From assembly GCF_001194135.2 (NCBI RefSeq), contig NC_068987.1:78231122-78295121 (forward strand): 64,000 bases of DNA. Reading direction: 5' to 3'. The notes under the pieces were generated by a model, which saw only the letters and a program-made list of their open reading frames with translations, was not told where the DNA came from and did not search any database. The position numbers and the translations under genes were made by a program. Source of the stretch: Octopus bimaculoides. Lineage: Eukaryota. Shown in pieces: positions 13,684 to 25,747 of this stretch. How positions within the stretch are numbered: position 1 is the first letter of the stretch; each line of letters begins with the position of its first letter.

Positions 13684-14216
13684 CTATCTATATATATATA
13701 TACAAACTTATATATACATACATATATGTATATATATATATATTACATATACATAATATATATATATAATATATATATATATGTATACATAGATATGTAT
13801 ATATATATGTAAGTATATGTGTGTGAGTGTGCGTATTTATATATCTATGTATTCTTGCGTATATGAATTAAGAATATGTGTTCGTGTGTAGCATGTTCCA
13901 TTTCGTCATTTCATGAGTTTTGTTCATTAAATTAGAAGCCTCACCGAAAGCATAGATCAATTTGGGACTTAGAATATTGGCAGATATAAAAAACAAAAAC
14001 GTGCAAATTGCTTATATTTTTATTAGATCTAATTGAATATGATCTAAACTAATTTTTAGGAAATATGATTGCAATTAGATGCCACATGAATGCTCTATCA
14101 CGAAAGATTGAGATTGTTTGGCGCTTAGTAAGGAAACCATACACACAAAACGTACAAACATAGATACATACATACATACATTCATCATGCACCCTATCCA
14201 CCACAAATATATATAC

Positions 14217-14379
14217 AAGCGCAGATGTAGTTCTGTGGTAACAATTTTGCTTCCCAACCACATGGTTCCGGTTTCAGTCCCCATGCATAAAAGCTAAGGC
14301 AAGTGTCTTCTACTATAGCTCGGGGCCGACCAAAGCTTTGCGAGTGGGTTTGGTAAAGGAAAACTGAAAGACTCCCATC

Positions 14380-14428
<49 letters not shown>

Positions 14429-14612
14429 TGTGTGTGTGTGTATGTTTTTCTCCCACCACCGCTTGACAACCGGTGTTTGTTTTCTTACGTCCCAATAACG
14501 TGGTGATAGTAGGCTTAAAAAATAAGTACTTGAGTTAATTTGTCCGACTAAACTTTTCAAGATGACTCCAGTATGGCTGCAGTCTAATGTCTGACAAGTA
14601 ACAGATAAAACG
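14217..14612 (+). mobile_element. SINE family B, near full length, with internal (TA)n(TG)n
   Basis: tRNA-like head (ctgtggtaac...ggttccggtttcagtccc), ggcaagtgtcttctactatagc, internal microsatellite, and tail tccagtatggctgcagtctaatg. Confidence 0.85.
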
Positions 14613-14635
14613 ATACAATATATGAATGCATGTAT

Positions 14636-14964
14636 CAGAGGCGACTCCAGGTCATCAGCGTTACTCGAGCTCATCACGAATTTCGCATATGACACATGTC
14701 CAGAACGGAAACTTTTCATAGATTGGAATTTAAATCCTAATCTCTACATAGAACTTCATTGTTTCAAGAAAACACTAAATTTGAATTACTTTTAATTTTT
14801 ACGATTATAGATAATGAAAATAAATGAACTTCAATCAGGTTCAACAAAGGGATTACATACTTTGAAGTCAGTGTTGGAAGAAATTAAATCAGCTTGCCAA
14901 TACATGTTCACTAAATTTAAACTGGGGCCAAGCCCGAACAGCGCGAGTGCCGGAGTCGCCACTG
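14636..14964. mobile_element. hAT-like MITE
   Basis: 15-bp TIR, 13/15 matching (cagaggcgactccag / ccggagtcgccactg). The 8-bp flanks gcatgtat and gtatatat match at 6/8, consistent with a decayed 8-bp TSD. Confidence 0.6.
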
Positions 14965-15254
14965 GTATATATGTATGTCTATGTGCATTTTGATATACAT
15001 ATACGTACATGCATGCATACGTACATAAATATTGTTATGTGAAACGTCATTAAACGTAGTTTCCCCTTCCGTTCATCAAATCGAGTTAGACAGCTGAAAA
15101 ACGCCTAAACAGATTTTACTTCAAAACCGCGTTTTATTTAGGTAAAATTAGTTGAGGTTTGCTTGTTCTAATTTTTAGGGTCCAAAGAAGTCGGTTGGAC
15201 AGCAAATGGAGGTAATTCCCATCCATAGAATTCCCCTATATAATAGATGAATAT

Positions 15255-15453
15255 TCTTTTCTACTCTAGGCACAAGGCCCAACATTTTGGGGGAGAGGTC
15301 CAGTCGATTAGATCGACCCTAGGACGCAACTGGTACTTAATTAATCGACCTCGAAAGGATGAAAGGCAAAGTCGACCTCGACGAAATTTGAACTCAGAAC
15401 GTAAAGAGAGACGAAATACTGCTAAGCATTTCACACGGCGTGCTAACGATTCT
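15255..15453 (-). mobile_element. SINE family A (short-tail subtype)
   Basis: Reverse complement of the A body, with tail ctactctaggcacaaggccc. Confidence 0.85.
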
Positions 15454-15686
15454 TATTTCTTTACTGCCCACAAAGGGCTACACACAGAGGGGACTAACAA
15501 GGACAGAGAAACGGATTAAGTCGATTATATCGACCCCAGTGCGTAACTGGTACTTATTTAATCGACCCCGAAAGGATGAAAGGAAAAGTTAACCTCAGCG
15601 GAATTTGAACTCAGAACGTGGAGACAGACGAAATATCGTTAAGCATTTCTTGCGGCGTGCTAACGTTTCTGCCAGCTCATCGCCTT
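15454..15686 (-). mobile_element. SINE family A (long-tail subtype), tandem with the previous copy
   Basis: Full head (ttctgccagctcatcgcctt) and long tail (tatttctttactgcccacaaagggcta...aacaaggacag). Confidence 0.85.
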
Positions 15687-15730
15687 ATATATATATATAT
15701 ATATATAAAAAAAAAAAAGAAATCCCTAAG

Positions 15731-16057
15731 TTATTCCATGTTAAAGTTGTCGTATTTCTGTAATTTCAACCAATCACTGACGTCCATTCAGCCGATATAC
15801 ATTAAGTGCCGACTACATAAACAAACGATTCTGAAACAATTCTATCGGTGATAGTGTTAGGGTTAGGGTTAGGGTTAGGGTTAGGGTTAGGGTTAGGGTA
15901 AAACAGCAAATTTAAAAAGAAAAAAGCAAAACGAAGCTATGGAAATTAAATACGCTTTACACCGCTTAATCAGCCAAAGGAGTAAATGTAAACAACTGAA
16001 TACTTGTCAGTGATTGGTTGAAATTATCGAAATAAGACAATTTTTTACATGAAATAA
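15731..16057. mobile_element. Non-autonomous inverted-repeat DNA element with internal (TTAGGG)7
   Basis: About 70-bp imperfect inverted arms at 15731-15803 and 15985-16057 sharing taatttcaaccaatcactgac. ttaggg x7 at 15857-15898. Confidence 0.7.
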
Positions 16058-16857
16058 ATTCGAATACAAAAATATTTTTCTGTTCTATAACACAAAATAG
16101 ATAAGTATACGAAGTTTGAAAGTCTTTCGGTACCAAAAACACTACGTAAAACATTAATGAAAAATGTGGCCCCCGTTTTAAAAAAGATCCTAAATCTGTT
16201 TATACAAAATCGTCTCTCAAAATTGTTCAAATTCTTAAACAATTTTGACAGACAAATACGTTTTATATTTGATAAATTTCAAACTCAAAGTTGAGTGTTT
16301 ATATTTTTAAATGGCTAGAATCGGTAGATTTACGAACACGATTTTGTTTCCAAATTCTGTTAAAAGAATGCAGGTGTTACTCTTGTAATGAGTATGTAGG
16401 AAATGGTTGGCATATTTTATAAACCCCAAGCTTATCTGACAGAAAACGGATATAATGATTATAATATCCAATAATAGCTCTTAAGTAATATAAATTACTC
16501 CTCCCTTGAGTAACAAATCTGACAAAATGTTTGCTTGCCTTGAATTACAGTTTCCCTTCCCGATATAACAATTTAAATTTTGTAAAATTACCTGAAAATC
16601 AGGAATTATTTATTTCGAACTTCAATGAATATTCAGGTTAAGTTTACTCATGCTCCTGTTGAGAGTGCGTTTGGGAAATATTCATGACATATTAATGTAT
16701 TATTGAATTGATGGATTGGGGCTGACCATAGTTTTAATGTTCGCTAAGAATATCTAAATATTGTCCAAACTACGCAGAGGGAGATATATTGTCTTCAAAA
16801 TATTTATTGTCATCACTTCGGCACACATCATCTCTAGTTAAGCTGACTAATGCATCT

Positions 16858-17015
16858 TTTATTCTTTAATTGTTTCAGTCAATGGACTAAGACCATGCTG
16901 GAGCACCGCCTTGGAAGTATCTTTCGTCGAAGAAACTAGCTCCCTTAGTCATGCTTTTTCTTTTTTTACTTTAAGGCCTGGTATATATTCTGTCTCTTTA
17001 CAAAACTGCTAAGTT
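16858..17015 (-). mobile_element. SINE family B, 3' fragment
   Basis: ttgtttcagtcaatggactaagaccatgctggagcaccgcc matches the family B tail. Confidence 0.65.
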
Positions 17016-17035
17016 ATGTGTGTGTCTATGAGCGA

Positions 17036-17236
17036 AACACCCAAGCTTCATGCGGCTCCGGCAGAAGGTAACGGCAGACTTCTGCTGACTCTTTCGCCAC
17101 AACTTTCTCTCACTCTTTCCTCCTGCATCTAGCAACTCACCTGTGAAAGACCGGCGTCAAGTCCAGGTGGAGAGTCTATACGCCAATGAAACCGGCCGAT
17201 ATGGGCCGAGCATGGCTCGAGAAGGAATAAACAACA
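17036..17236 (+). mobile_element. Unclassified retroposon-like dispersed repeat fragment
   Basis: GC-richer 200-bp island ending in ggctcgagaaggaataaacaac (aac tail). Single copy in the window, recognised by pattern only. Confidence 0.4.
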
Positions 17237-17965
17237 TATCTGTTAAAATGAGACCTCACTGTTATTTTCATTTTTGCGTAATTTAGATGACACGTTATTC
17301 ACTGCACCCTGTATGTATGTNNNNNNNNNNNNNNNNNNNNNNNNNNNNNNNNNNNNNNNNNNNNNNNNNNNNNNNNNNNNNNNNNNNNNNNNNNNNNNNN
17401 NNNNNNNNNNNNNNNNNNNNNNNNNNNNNNNNNNNNNNNNNNNNNNNNNNNNNNNNNNNNNNNNNNNNNNNNNNNNNNNNNNNNNNNNNNNNNNNNNNNN
17501 NNNNNNNNNNNNNNNNNNNNNNNNNNNNNNNNNNNNNNNNNNNNNNNNNNNNNNNNNNNNNNNNNNNNNNNNNNNNNNNNNNNNNNNNNNNNNNNNNNNN
17601 NNNNNNNNNNNNNNNNNNNNNNNNNNNNNNNNNNNNNNNNNNNNNNNNNNNNNNNNNNNNNNNNNNNNNNNNNNNNNNNNNNNNNNNNNNNNNNNNNNNN
17701 NNNNNNNNNNNNNNNNNNNNNNNNNNNNNNNNNNNNNNNNNNNNNNNNNNNNNNNNNNNNNNNNNNNNNNNNNNNNNNNNNNNNNNNNNNNNNNNNNNNN
17801 NNNNNNNNNNNNNNNNNNNNNNNNNNNNNNNNNNNNNNNNNNNTTTACTCACACGGCATTGTGGGGCTATATAATATAAAATACTTTCCCACGTTGTCGT
17901 ACAGTAAACCTGAACCCGAAACCACGTGATTGCAAAGTGTGCTTCTTTTATACATTTTTAAAAAA

Positions 17966-18192
17966 TGGTTGGCAGAAACGTTAGCATGCCGGGCGAAATA
18001 CTTAGTGGTATTTCGCCTGCCGTTACGTTCTGAGTTCAAATTCCGCCGAGGTCGACTTTGCCTTTCATCCTTTCGGGGTCGATAAATTAAGTACCAGTTA
18101 CACACTGTGGTCGATGTAATCGACTTAATCCCTTTGTCTGTCCTTGTTAGTTCCCTCTATGTTTAGCCCCTTGTGGGTAATAATGAAATAAG
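17966..18192 (+). mobile_element. SINE family A (long-tail subtype)
   Basis: ggcagaaacgttagcatgccgggcgaaat...gttctgagttcaaattccgccgaggtcgactttgcctttcatcctttcggggtcgataaattaagtacc. Confidence 0.9.
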
Positions 18193-18639
18193 AAGTAACA
18201 CCTCTGCTATGTTTCGTTCATGAACTTTCCTCCCTGGTTTGCATAAATACCAGTGATATAGAAAGCTAACAATGAATTCAGTATTCTCGAATATTAAAAA
18301 GACAACTAGATATCTCTTATAAAATGTGTGACAAAAATTCAATCAAAATGAAAAACAGACAGTAAATAAACTATTATTTTATTCAATATTATGTTGCTAT
18401 GGTGAAAAATCTAAAGTAATAAAGACGGATGTGATGCAATTTGAATGTCTAAAGGAATTGTTTCTTTGAAATAACCTCGATAATCAGTGAGAAAAAGGAA
18501 GGAACACAGGCATCCTCCATTATAACAATCAAAGAATTGTTTGTCTTATATCTTAGGGCGACTGTGTGATGTATTCCTTGGTATAAGAAAGAGAACAACG
18601 TTTTATGTAATCATAAACATATATTGAGCTTAAAATGGT

Positions 18640-18790
18640 GTGATAGGTGCAGGCATGGGTGTTTTGTTACGAAATACGTTTCGGAACAAGTTGATTTCGA
18701 GTTCATCCCAATACGCGGCAACTTAGGCAAATGTCTTCTACTATAGGGCCATGCCAACCAATCTGGTAGACAAAAACTGCGGAAATGCGT
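18640..18790 (+). mobile_element. SINE family B, degenerate 5' half
   Basis: aggtgcaggcatggg...ttaggcaaatgtcttctactatagggcc...ggtagacaaaaactg. Confidence 0.55.
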
Positions 18791-19116
18791 CATATATATA
18801 TATATATATATACAAACGTTTCATGTTAAGTAGAGAAGGAAAATATCCAAGTATCTTGACAATTTTTCCAGCCGATCACATGGAGAAAAATTGTTAAGAT
18901 ACTTGTATATATGTTCCAATTCTTCTTAAAATGAAACCAATGGTAGCTTTAATCTACGAATAAAGAAATTATTTATCCACCAATGCAGTGTTGAGCACTC
19001 ATTCCATCGTTCTACATTTACGTGTATATATATATATATATATNNNNNNNNNNNNNNNNNNNNNNNNNNNNNNNNNNNNNNNNNNNNNNNNNNNNNNNNN
19101 NNNNNNNNNNNNNNNN

Positions 19117-19262
19117 GTGAGAATTTGCAAAAAACAAAAGAGGAAGACGGATGTGTAAACAATAAACAGATGTATTAGTTTAACGCTCGGGAAGTGAGGA
19201 AGTCTTTTACGTTTCAAGCCTATGCTCTTGGACAAAAAGGAACACAGAAAATAGAAAAAGGT
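19117..19262 (-). mobile_element. Family G repeat (Penelope-like pLTR fragment), degenerate HHR
   Basis: Homologous to 25440-25600 and 62820-62990 (gtattagt..acgctcggga...acgtttc.agc.ta.gctctt). The HHR core is mutated to UUGUCCA. Confidence 0.55.
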
Positions 19263-19293
19263 TTATTGGCTACCGATCTATCATGGCGTATCC

Positions 19294-19333
<40 letters not shown>

Positions 19334-19344
19334 GGATACGTGTC

Positions 19345-19552
19345 TTGTGTGGGAGTGATGTCCCTCTAACTCTTCAAAACCGACGTTGGTGTGTTTACGA
19401 CCCCGTAACGTAACGGTTTGGCAAATAGACCGATAGAGTAAGTACCAGATTTAAACAAAATATGTACTGAGGTCTATTTACTAGACTAAATCATTCAAGG
19501 CGGTGCCCCAAAATAGCTGCAGTCCAATGACTGCAACGTGTGAAAGATACAA
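19345..19552 (+). mobile_element. SINE family B, 3' half
   Basis: cgacgttggtgtgtttacgaccccgtaacgtaacggtttggc...gaccgatagagtaagtacc...ggcggtgcccc. Confidence 0.7.
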
Positions 19553-20099
19553 CATATGTTAAAATTTTCAATAAAGATTATGTTATCAATTTAAAGATTT
19601 CCTGTGTCTCGCTGATATTTATGGTACAGGCATTGTAAAAGGAATCTAGTACTTAGAATTTCCAATGCGATATATGTGGTTTGAAAGTAAAGTTGGTGAA
19701 TCATCCAGACCAATATTCTGATATTCGCATCATTCAACATTATTCTGACATTCGCAACAATAATTTCTAATTTGAAGTATCGAAGATTTTCTAAAAGAGT
19801 ACGAGTTGCGTTGATGGACTGATTAACTTTCAACGGGGACTGAAACTGGAAAAAGCATGTTGCTGAGCGTTTCTTATCTACCTACAGATCACACCATTTG
19901 TATATATTAGTATAGTGGTAAACACCATTTCAGGAGATGTGCTAAATGCTCGTCAAGCTAAACCTGCAATTTCAAATCTATTCGGTAAATATTTCGATAA
20001 AGTTAAAGGAGCGCAGCATCCCATGTTTGCTCTTTAATCATATAAAGCTTTTGTTCCTGGTGAAAGGTACATCAAACGTATTTGCAATACGAGTGAAAA

Positions 20100-20368
20100 C
20101 TGGTTCTATATTTAATGCAATATCCCGTTGGTCAGAATGCGATTTGCATCTTGTGGCTTTCGAAATATGCCACCCTGATGGCTCGGTGAATAGGCCATCA
20201 TTCCATTGATCGGAAGGCTAGTCCGTCGCAAGGTTACACATTTACAGTTGAGTGAACTGCAGCAATGTGAAATGAAATATTTTGCTCGAAAACACAATGC
20301 GAACCTGGTCTGGGAATCGAAACCACGATTTCACGATCACAATTGCAACACTCCTAACCATGCGCCTT
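20100..20368 (-). mobile_element. tRNA-derived SINE related to family C, degenerate
   Basis: Minus strand: ggcgcatggttaggagtg...gtggtttcgattccc (B box)...gagcaaaatatttcatttcacattgctgcagttcactca, resembling 57490-57535. Confidence 0.55.
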
Positions 20369-20409
20369 CACTAGAGTTAATATATTTAATATAAGATAGC
20401 ATGTTTATT

Positions 20410-20645
20410 AAGGCGTCGAGCTGATAAAATCGTTAGCGCGCCGGGCGAAATGCTTAGCGGCAATTCGTCTGCCGTTACGTTCTGAGTTCAAATTCCGCCG
20501 AGGTCGACTTTGCCTTTCATCCTTTCGGGGTCGATAAATTAAGTACCAGTTCTGCACTGGAGTCGATGTAATCGACTTAATCCCTTTGTCTGTCCTTGTT
20601 TGTCCCTTCTATGTTTAGACCTTTGTGGGCAATAAAGAAATAAGA
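20410..20645 (+). mobile_element. SINE family A (long-tail subtype), followed by degenerate A fragments to about 21030
   Basis: High similarity to 17966-18192. Confidence 0.9.
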
Positions 20646-21972
20646 AACATTAGCATTTTGGACAAAATGCTACGCAGCATTTCATCCGTCTTTACGATGT
20701 GAGTTCAACTTCCACTCGCGTTGACTTTTCCTTTTAAGCTCTGGGACTGGTGTAACTGACTTACCCTTTCCCCCGAAATTGCTCGCCTTGCGATAAAATT
20801 TGAAATCAATATAGTATATTTATTTTTGTAAAAATTATTTTCCCTACATTTGCATTAATCTACCTTGGCGGGGAACTGGTGCAATCGTTAGCGCATCGAG
20901 TTCAAATACCACCGATGTCGACTTTCATATATTCGAGGTAGGTCAAATATGTAGCAGTCAAGTATTAAGGCCGATGTAATCGACTTTCCTACCCAACAAA
21001 TTTCTGGCCTTGTGCCAAAATAAGAAAGAATTATTATAACATGATAGAACTGATAACATGTTTGAGCAGCACAACTGTCTTTTTTCTTTTTTTCTTGAAG
21101 TTTAAGTAACTTCATATGAATTAATTCAGGCATTTTGGACAATTTACAACTTCCATAAAGTAATTTAAAGTTCAGTCATTAAAGTTCAATGATCGTATAG
21201 AGATTCAGAGCCAAATATTTATTACAAAACATAGAAGATGTAGAAATCCTTAACTAATCAGAGAAAGTTATGTAAACATATTACCCGCAAGGAAAGCTTC
21301 AGAAAACAAAATTAAAAGGATCACAAAACATTTATTCTCATTTATAAACTCTTCTTAACGATGTGATCAATGTAGAAGTTAATGAAGCCTGGTTCTGATG
21401 TAAGAGAGTAGCAATAAAAACAATTCTGCCGCCTGTTTTATGAAGCTTTAATGAATCTTGTGTCTTTAAGTATCATTTGATATAAACAAAACAGCATTTT
21501 AGTTATTCTTCCCTCACATATATATATAGGCATGTTAATGAGTGAACGTCTATCTTTATATCGGTACAATAGATAATTATCTAGAATCTACCAGCAGGGA
21601 AACTTCTTGCCGGAGCCTAAAACACATTCACAATACTCAATAATGAGGCGTAAATGAAATGATGTGACAGAGAAAGTATGTGTGAGTGGTGAGGTCAGTT
21701 GTATTTTCTCTTGTGACAAAATGTATTAATGAACGTACAGTGCAGAAACCTTACCCTCAAACTAGACAAATTTGCTATGGTACGAGCTCACAGTTGAAAA
21801 TAATAGGTAGTTTTATTGAGTTACAGGCAGAAAATAGCAAGGAATTTAGTCGCCAAACATGAATGAAATATTGAATATCGCATATAATATACAATTGATG
21901 AAGATTGTCAACCATTATGTATATAATACACACATACATACATATATACATACATACATACACACACACACA

Positions 21973-22018
<46 letters not shown>

Positions 22019-22701
22019 TATACATACAGTTATGTATGCGTGTATTTATACACACATAACAACAATAGCTGCAGCAAACAAAATGAGGGGGAAAAAAACT
22101 AATAACATCACATAACGCACTCCAGAGATATTTTCCTGAAATAAAGGGGGAAAAAATGAAAGATTCTTTTAAAGAAATACATTTTCAAGTAGCGACAGGC
22201 TATTTTTTCTCTTATTCTACTGCAAACTAAAAGAAAAACCAAAAGGGGAAGAAAAGAAGAAAGAAATCATAGAATATTTTTCGACAACAGAACATTACCA
22301 ATAGCAATAAAAACTGCAGCGAAGGTTGGTAATGACTGAAAAAAAAAAATGAAAGAAAGAAAGAAAATATAATGGTATTGTGGAGAAACCGTTATGTTTG
22401 CCAAAATAGGATGTAATACTCGTTCTTTATTGATATCTTTACAAACAAAATGCATTACAGTATTTAGTTTCGTTCCTCTCGGTTCTTTGGTAAGGAAGAT
22501 CGATCGATAGAATTAGTTCCCAACAATAATGATACGCTATCGTTACGATCAATAATAAAAAAAATGCCGTGCTTTGGCAGAAACCGTAGGACGCCAGGCT
22601 ATTTATCTAACAGTATTTAGTTTCGATATTCCATGTTCAGAAATCGAATCCTACGAGGGTAATCACTTGAGGAACCATAAAATAAGCAGTAGTTATGTGT
22701 T

Positions 22702-22885
22702 GAAGACGGTGGTGCGTTGGCAGAATCGTTAGATTGTCGGACAAAATGCTTAGCAGTATTTCTTCCGGCTTTTACTTTATGAATTCACATCCTGCTTTTC
22801 ATTTTTTCTTCGTCGATATATTAAAGTACCAGTAAAGTATTTGGGTATCGACTTGTCTTCTCCCCTTAAAATTGCTGGCCTTGCA
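22702..22885 (+). mobile_element. SINE family A, degenerate
   Basis: ttggcagaatcgttagattgtcggacaaaatgcttagcagtatttc...gtcgatatattaaagtacc. Confidence 0.6.
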
Positions 22886-22971
22886 GCCTGCAACAGAACG
22901 TCCCCTTCATAGAAACTGGGCAACTGGGCGTATGATTCATTACGCCTTAGAAACAAATGAGTTGATCTAGT

Positions 22972-23406
22972 TATCTTTTATTTGTTTCAGTCACTTGACT
23001 GCGGTCATGCTGGGGCACCATCTTAAATGGTTTTTAGTTGAAGAAAACGATCCCAGTATTTACTTTTTAAGCCTGGTACTTATTCTGTGGGTCTCTTTGT
23101 GCCAAACCGCTAGGTTACTGGAACGTAAACACACCAACACATCAATCGATGATGGAGGGGGGCACAAACACAAACAGAAAGACACACATACACGTACACA
23201 CACACACACACACACACAAAAACACACACACAGATATATATACGACGAGCTTCTTTCAGTTTCCGTCTACCAAATCCACTCACAAAGCTTTGGTCGGCCC
23301 GCGGCTACAGTAGAAGACACTTGCCCAAGGTACTACGCAGTGGGACTGAACCCGGAACCTTGTGGTTAGGAAGCAAGCGTCTTACCACACAGCCACGCCT
23401 GCACCT
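22972..23406 (-). mobile_element. SINE family B, near full length, with internal (CA)n
   Basis: Reverse complement of the B head (gtgggactgaacccggaacc...cttaccacacagccacgcctgc) and of the B tail. Confidence 0.9.
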
Positions 23407-24193
23407 ATACATACATACATACATACATACATACATACATACATACATGTTTTACATTTTTATTACTTATCCATCTTGTTACCCCCATAGAAAAATACTT
23501 TACTTTATATATGTGTGTGTGTGCATATTTATATCTATATATCAATANNNNNNNNNNNNNNNNNNNNNNNNNNNNNNNNNNNNNNNNNNNNNNNNNNNNN
23601 NNNNNNNNNNNNNNNNNNNNNNNNNNNNNNNNNNNNNNNNNNNNNNNNNNNNNNNNNNNNNNNNNNNNNNNNNNNNNNNNNNNNNNNNNNNNNNNNNNNN
23701 NNNNNNNNNNNNNNNNNNNNNNNNNNNNNNNNNNNNNNNNNNNNNNNNNNNNNNNNNNNNNNNNNNNNNNNNNNNNNNNNNNNNNNNNNNNNNNNNNNNN
23801 NNNNNNNNNNNNNNNNNNNNNNNNNNNNNNNNNNNNNNNNNNNNNNNNNNNNNNNNNNNNNNNNNNNNNNNNNNNNNNNNNNNNNNNNNNNNNNNNNNNN
23901 NNNNNNNNNNNNNNNNNNNNNNNNNNNNNNNNNNNNNNNNNNNNNNNNNNNNNNNNNNNNNNNNNNNNNNNNNNNNNNNNNNNNNNNNNNNNNNNNNNNN
24001 NNNNNNNNNNNNNNNNNNNNNNNNNNNNNNNNNNNNNNNNNNNNNNNNNNNNNNNNNNNNNNNNNNNNNNNNNNNNNNNNNNNNNNNNNNNNNNNNNNNN
24101 NNNNNNNNNNNNNNNNNNNNNNNNNNNNNNNNNNNNNNNNNNNNNNNNNNNNNNNNNNNNNNNNNNNNNNNNNNNNNNNNNNNNNNNNNNNNN

Positions 24194-24932
24194 GCGAGCC
24201 AGCCCATCATCTTCCCTCACGGATTACCATGTTGCTGATCCCTTAATTTTGTTTATAAATGTATAAGAACTTTTTAAATAAATTCCACACCGATAATGGT
24301 GCTTACATACCGAAGGGCTTGGTAAAAATTATTAATTATTAATTTATTAATAAATTGATAATCCTTTACCCTTTTAATTGTAATAATAAATTATTCAGTC
24401 CCGGATAGTAAACCACAGATTTTCTGCGGTACCGCCTGTGACGCACATGGTAATCCGTGAGGGAAGATGATGGGCTGGCTCGCTTATGTAGATTTGGAGA
24501 TACTTTCAAAATGTGTCGACTGCCATGATGACGCTAGTTCATGCATGCACATTTGCCAGTATCGTCGAATTTACAACAGGAATATCAAACCGATGAGGTA
24601 ATGAAGAGTTTTTTATTCTTCTAAACCAGAAACATGTCTATGATTAACTATGGCTAGTTTAGTTCGTTATTTTTCTTCTTGTTTTGCCTATGTGAGATGC
24701 GGGTAACTACTATCTGTTGGAGTTTCAACATTTTTAGCTGCTATTTCTGAACTTCGGTATGTGGTGAAGCAACCTGTTGCTGATCCCTTAATTTTGTTTA
24801 TAAATGTATAAGAACTTTTAAATAAGTTCCACACCGATAATGGTGCTTACATACCGAAGGGCTTGGTAAAAATTATTAATTATTAATTTATTAATAAATT
24901 GATAATCCTTTACCCTTTTAATTGTAATAATA
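24194..24932. repeat. Compound duplication: perfect 39-bp inverted repeat plus near-perfect 159-bp direct repeat
   Basis: 24194-24232 is the exact reverse complement of 24445-24483. 24230-24388 matches 24775-24932 with one 1-nt indel and one substitution. Confidence 0.9.
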
Positions 24933-25287
24933 TATGTTTATGTATATATATATATATATNNNNNNNNNNNNNNNNNNNNNNNNNNNNNNNNNNNNNNNNN
25001 NNNNNNNNNNNNNNNNNNNNNNNNNNNNNNNNNNNNNNNNNNNNNNNNNNNNNNNNNNNNNNNNNNNNNNNNNNNNNNNNNNNNNNNNNNNNNNNNNNNN
25101 NNNNNNNNNNNNNNNNNNNNNNNNNNNNNNNNNNNNNNNNNNNNNNNNNNNNNNNNNNNNNNNNNNNNNNNNNNNNNNNNNNNNNNNNNNNNNNNNNNNN
25201 NNNNNNNNNNNNNNNNNNNNNNNNNNNNNNNNNNNNNNNNNNNNNNNNNNNNNNNNNNNNNNNNNNNNNNNNNNNNNNNNNNNNNNA

Positions 25288-25620
25288 TCCGTGGGTAGGA
25301 GAGGTGCAGCCGGAGGGTATAAAGTTCAGAATCAAACAGTCCAGATCCAGAAGGAAAGAAGGTAGAATCCAAAAGTTGGTAGTGTGTGATGAGAGGAGAC
25401 AGGATTAGCTGGTGCGACCACGTGAGCGTGTATTATATGTGGGAGAATATACAAATAATAACAACAGACGAGGACAGGTGGTGTAAATAACAAAAGTATA
25501 TATTAGTATGACGCTCGGGAATACGGAAAGTTTTTGACGTTTCGAGCTACGCTCTTCAACAGAAAGAATACGGAGACAAGGAGAAAAACACGGAGAAAAA
25601 AAATTGGAGAAAAAAAATTG
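25288..25620 (-). mobile_element. Family G repeat (Penelope-like element pLTR fragment)
   Basis: Shares about 170 bp with 62808-62992 in the opposite orientation and carries an HHR-like motif. Confidence 0.6.
25531..25567 (-). ncRNA. Minimal hammerhead-like motif, variant core CUGUUGA
   Basis: UCUUU-CUGUUGA-A-GAGC-gua-GCUC-GAAAC-GUC-AAAAA. Confidence 0.5.
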
Positions 25621-25681
25621 AATATATATACACATACACACGCGTACACTCATCTTTTTATTAATCTATCTATCTATTTCT

Positions 25682-25747
<66 letters not shown>

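Noticed and set aside
15857-15898. Telomere
   Set aside because: Only seven units, internal to the scaffold and enclosed by inverted arms; treated as part of a mobile element.
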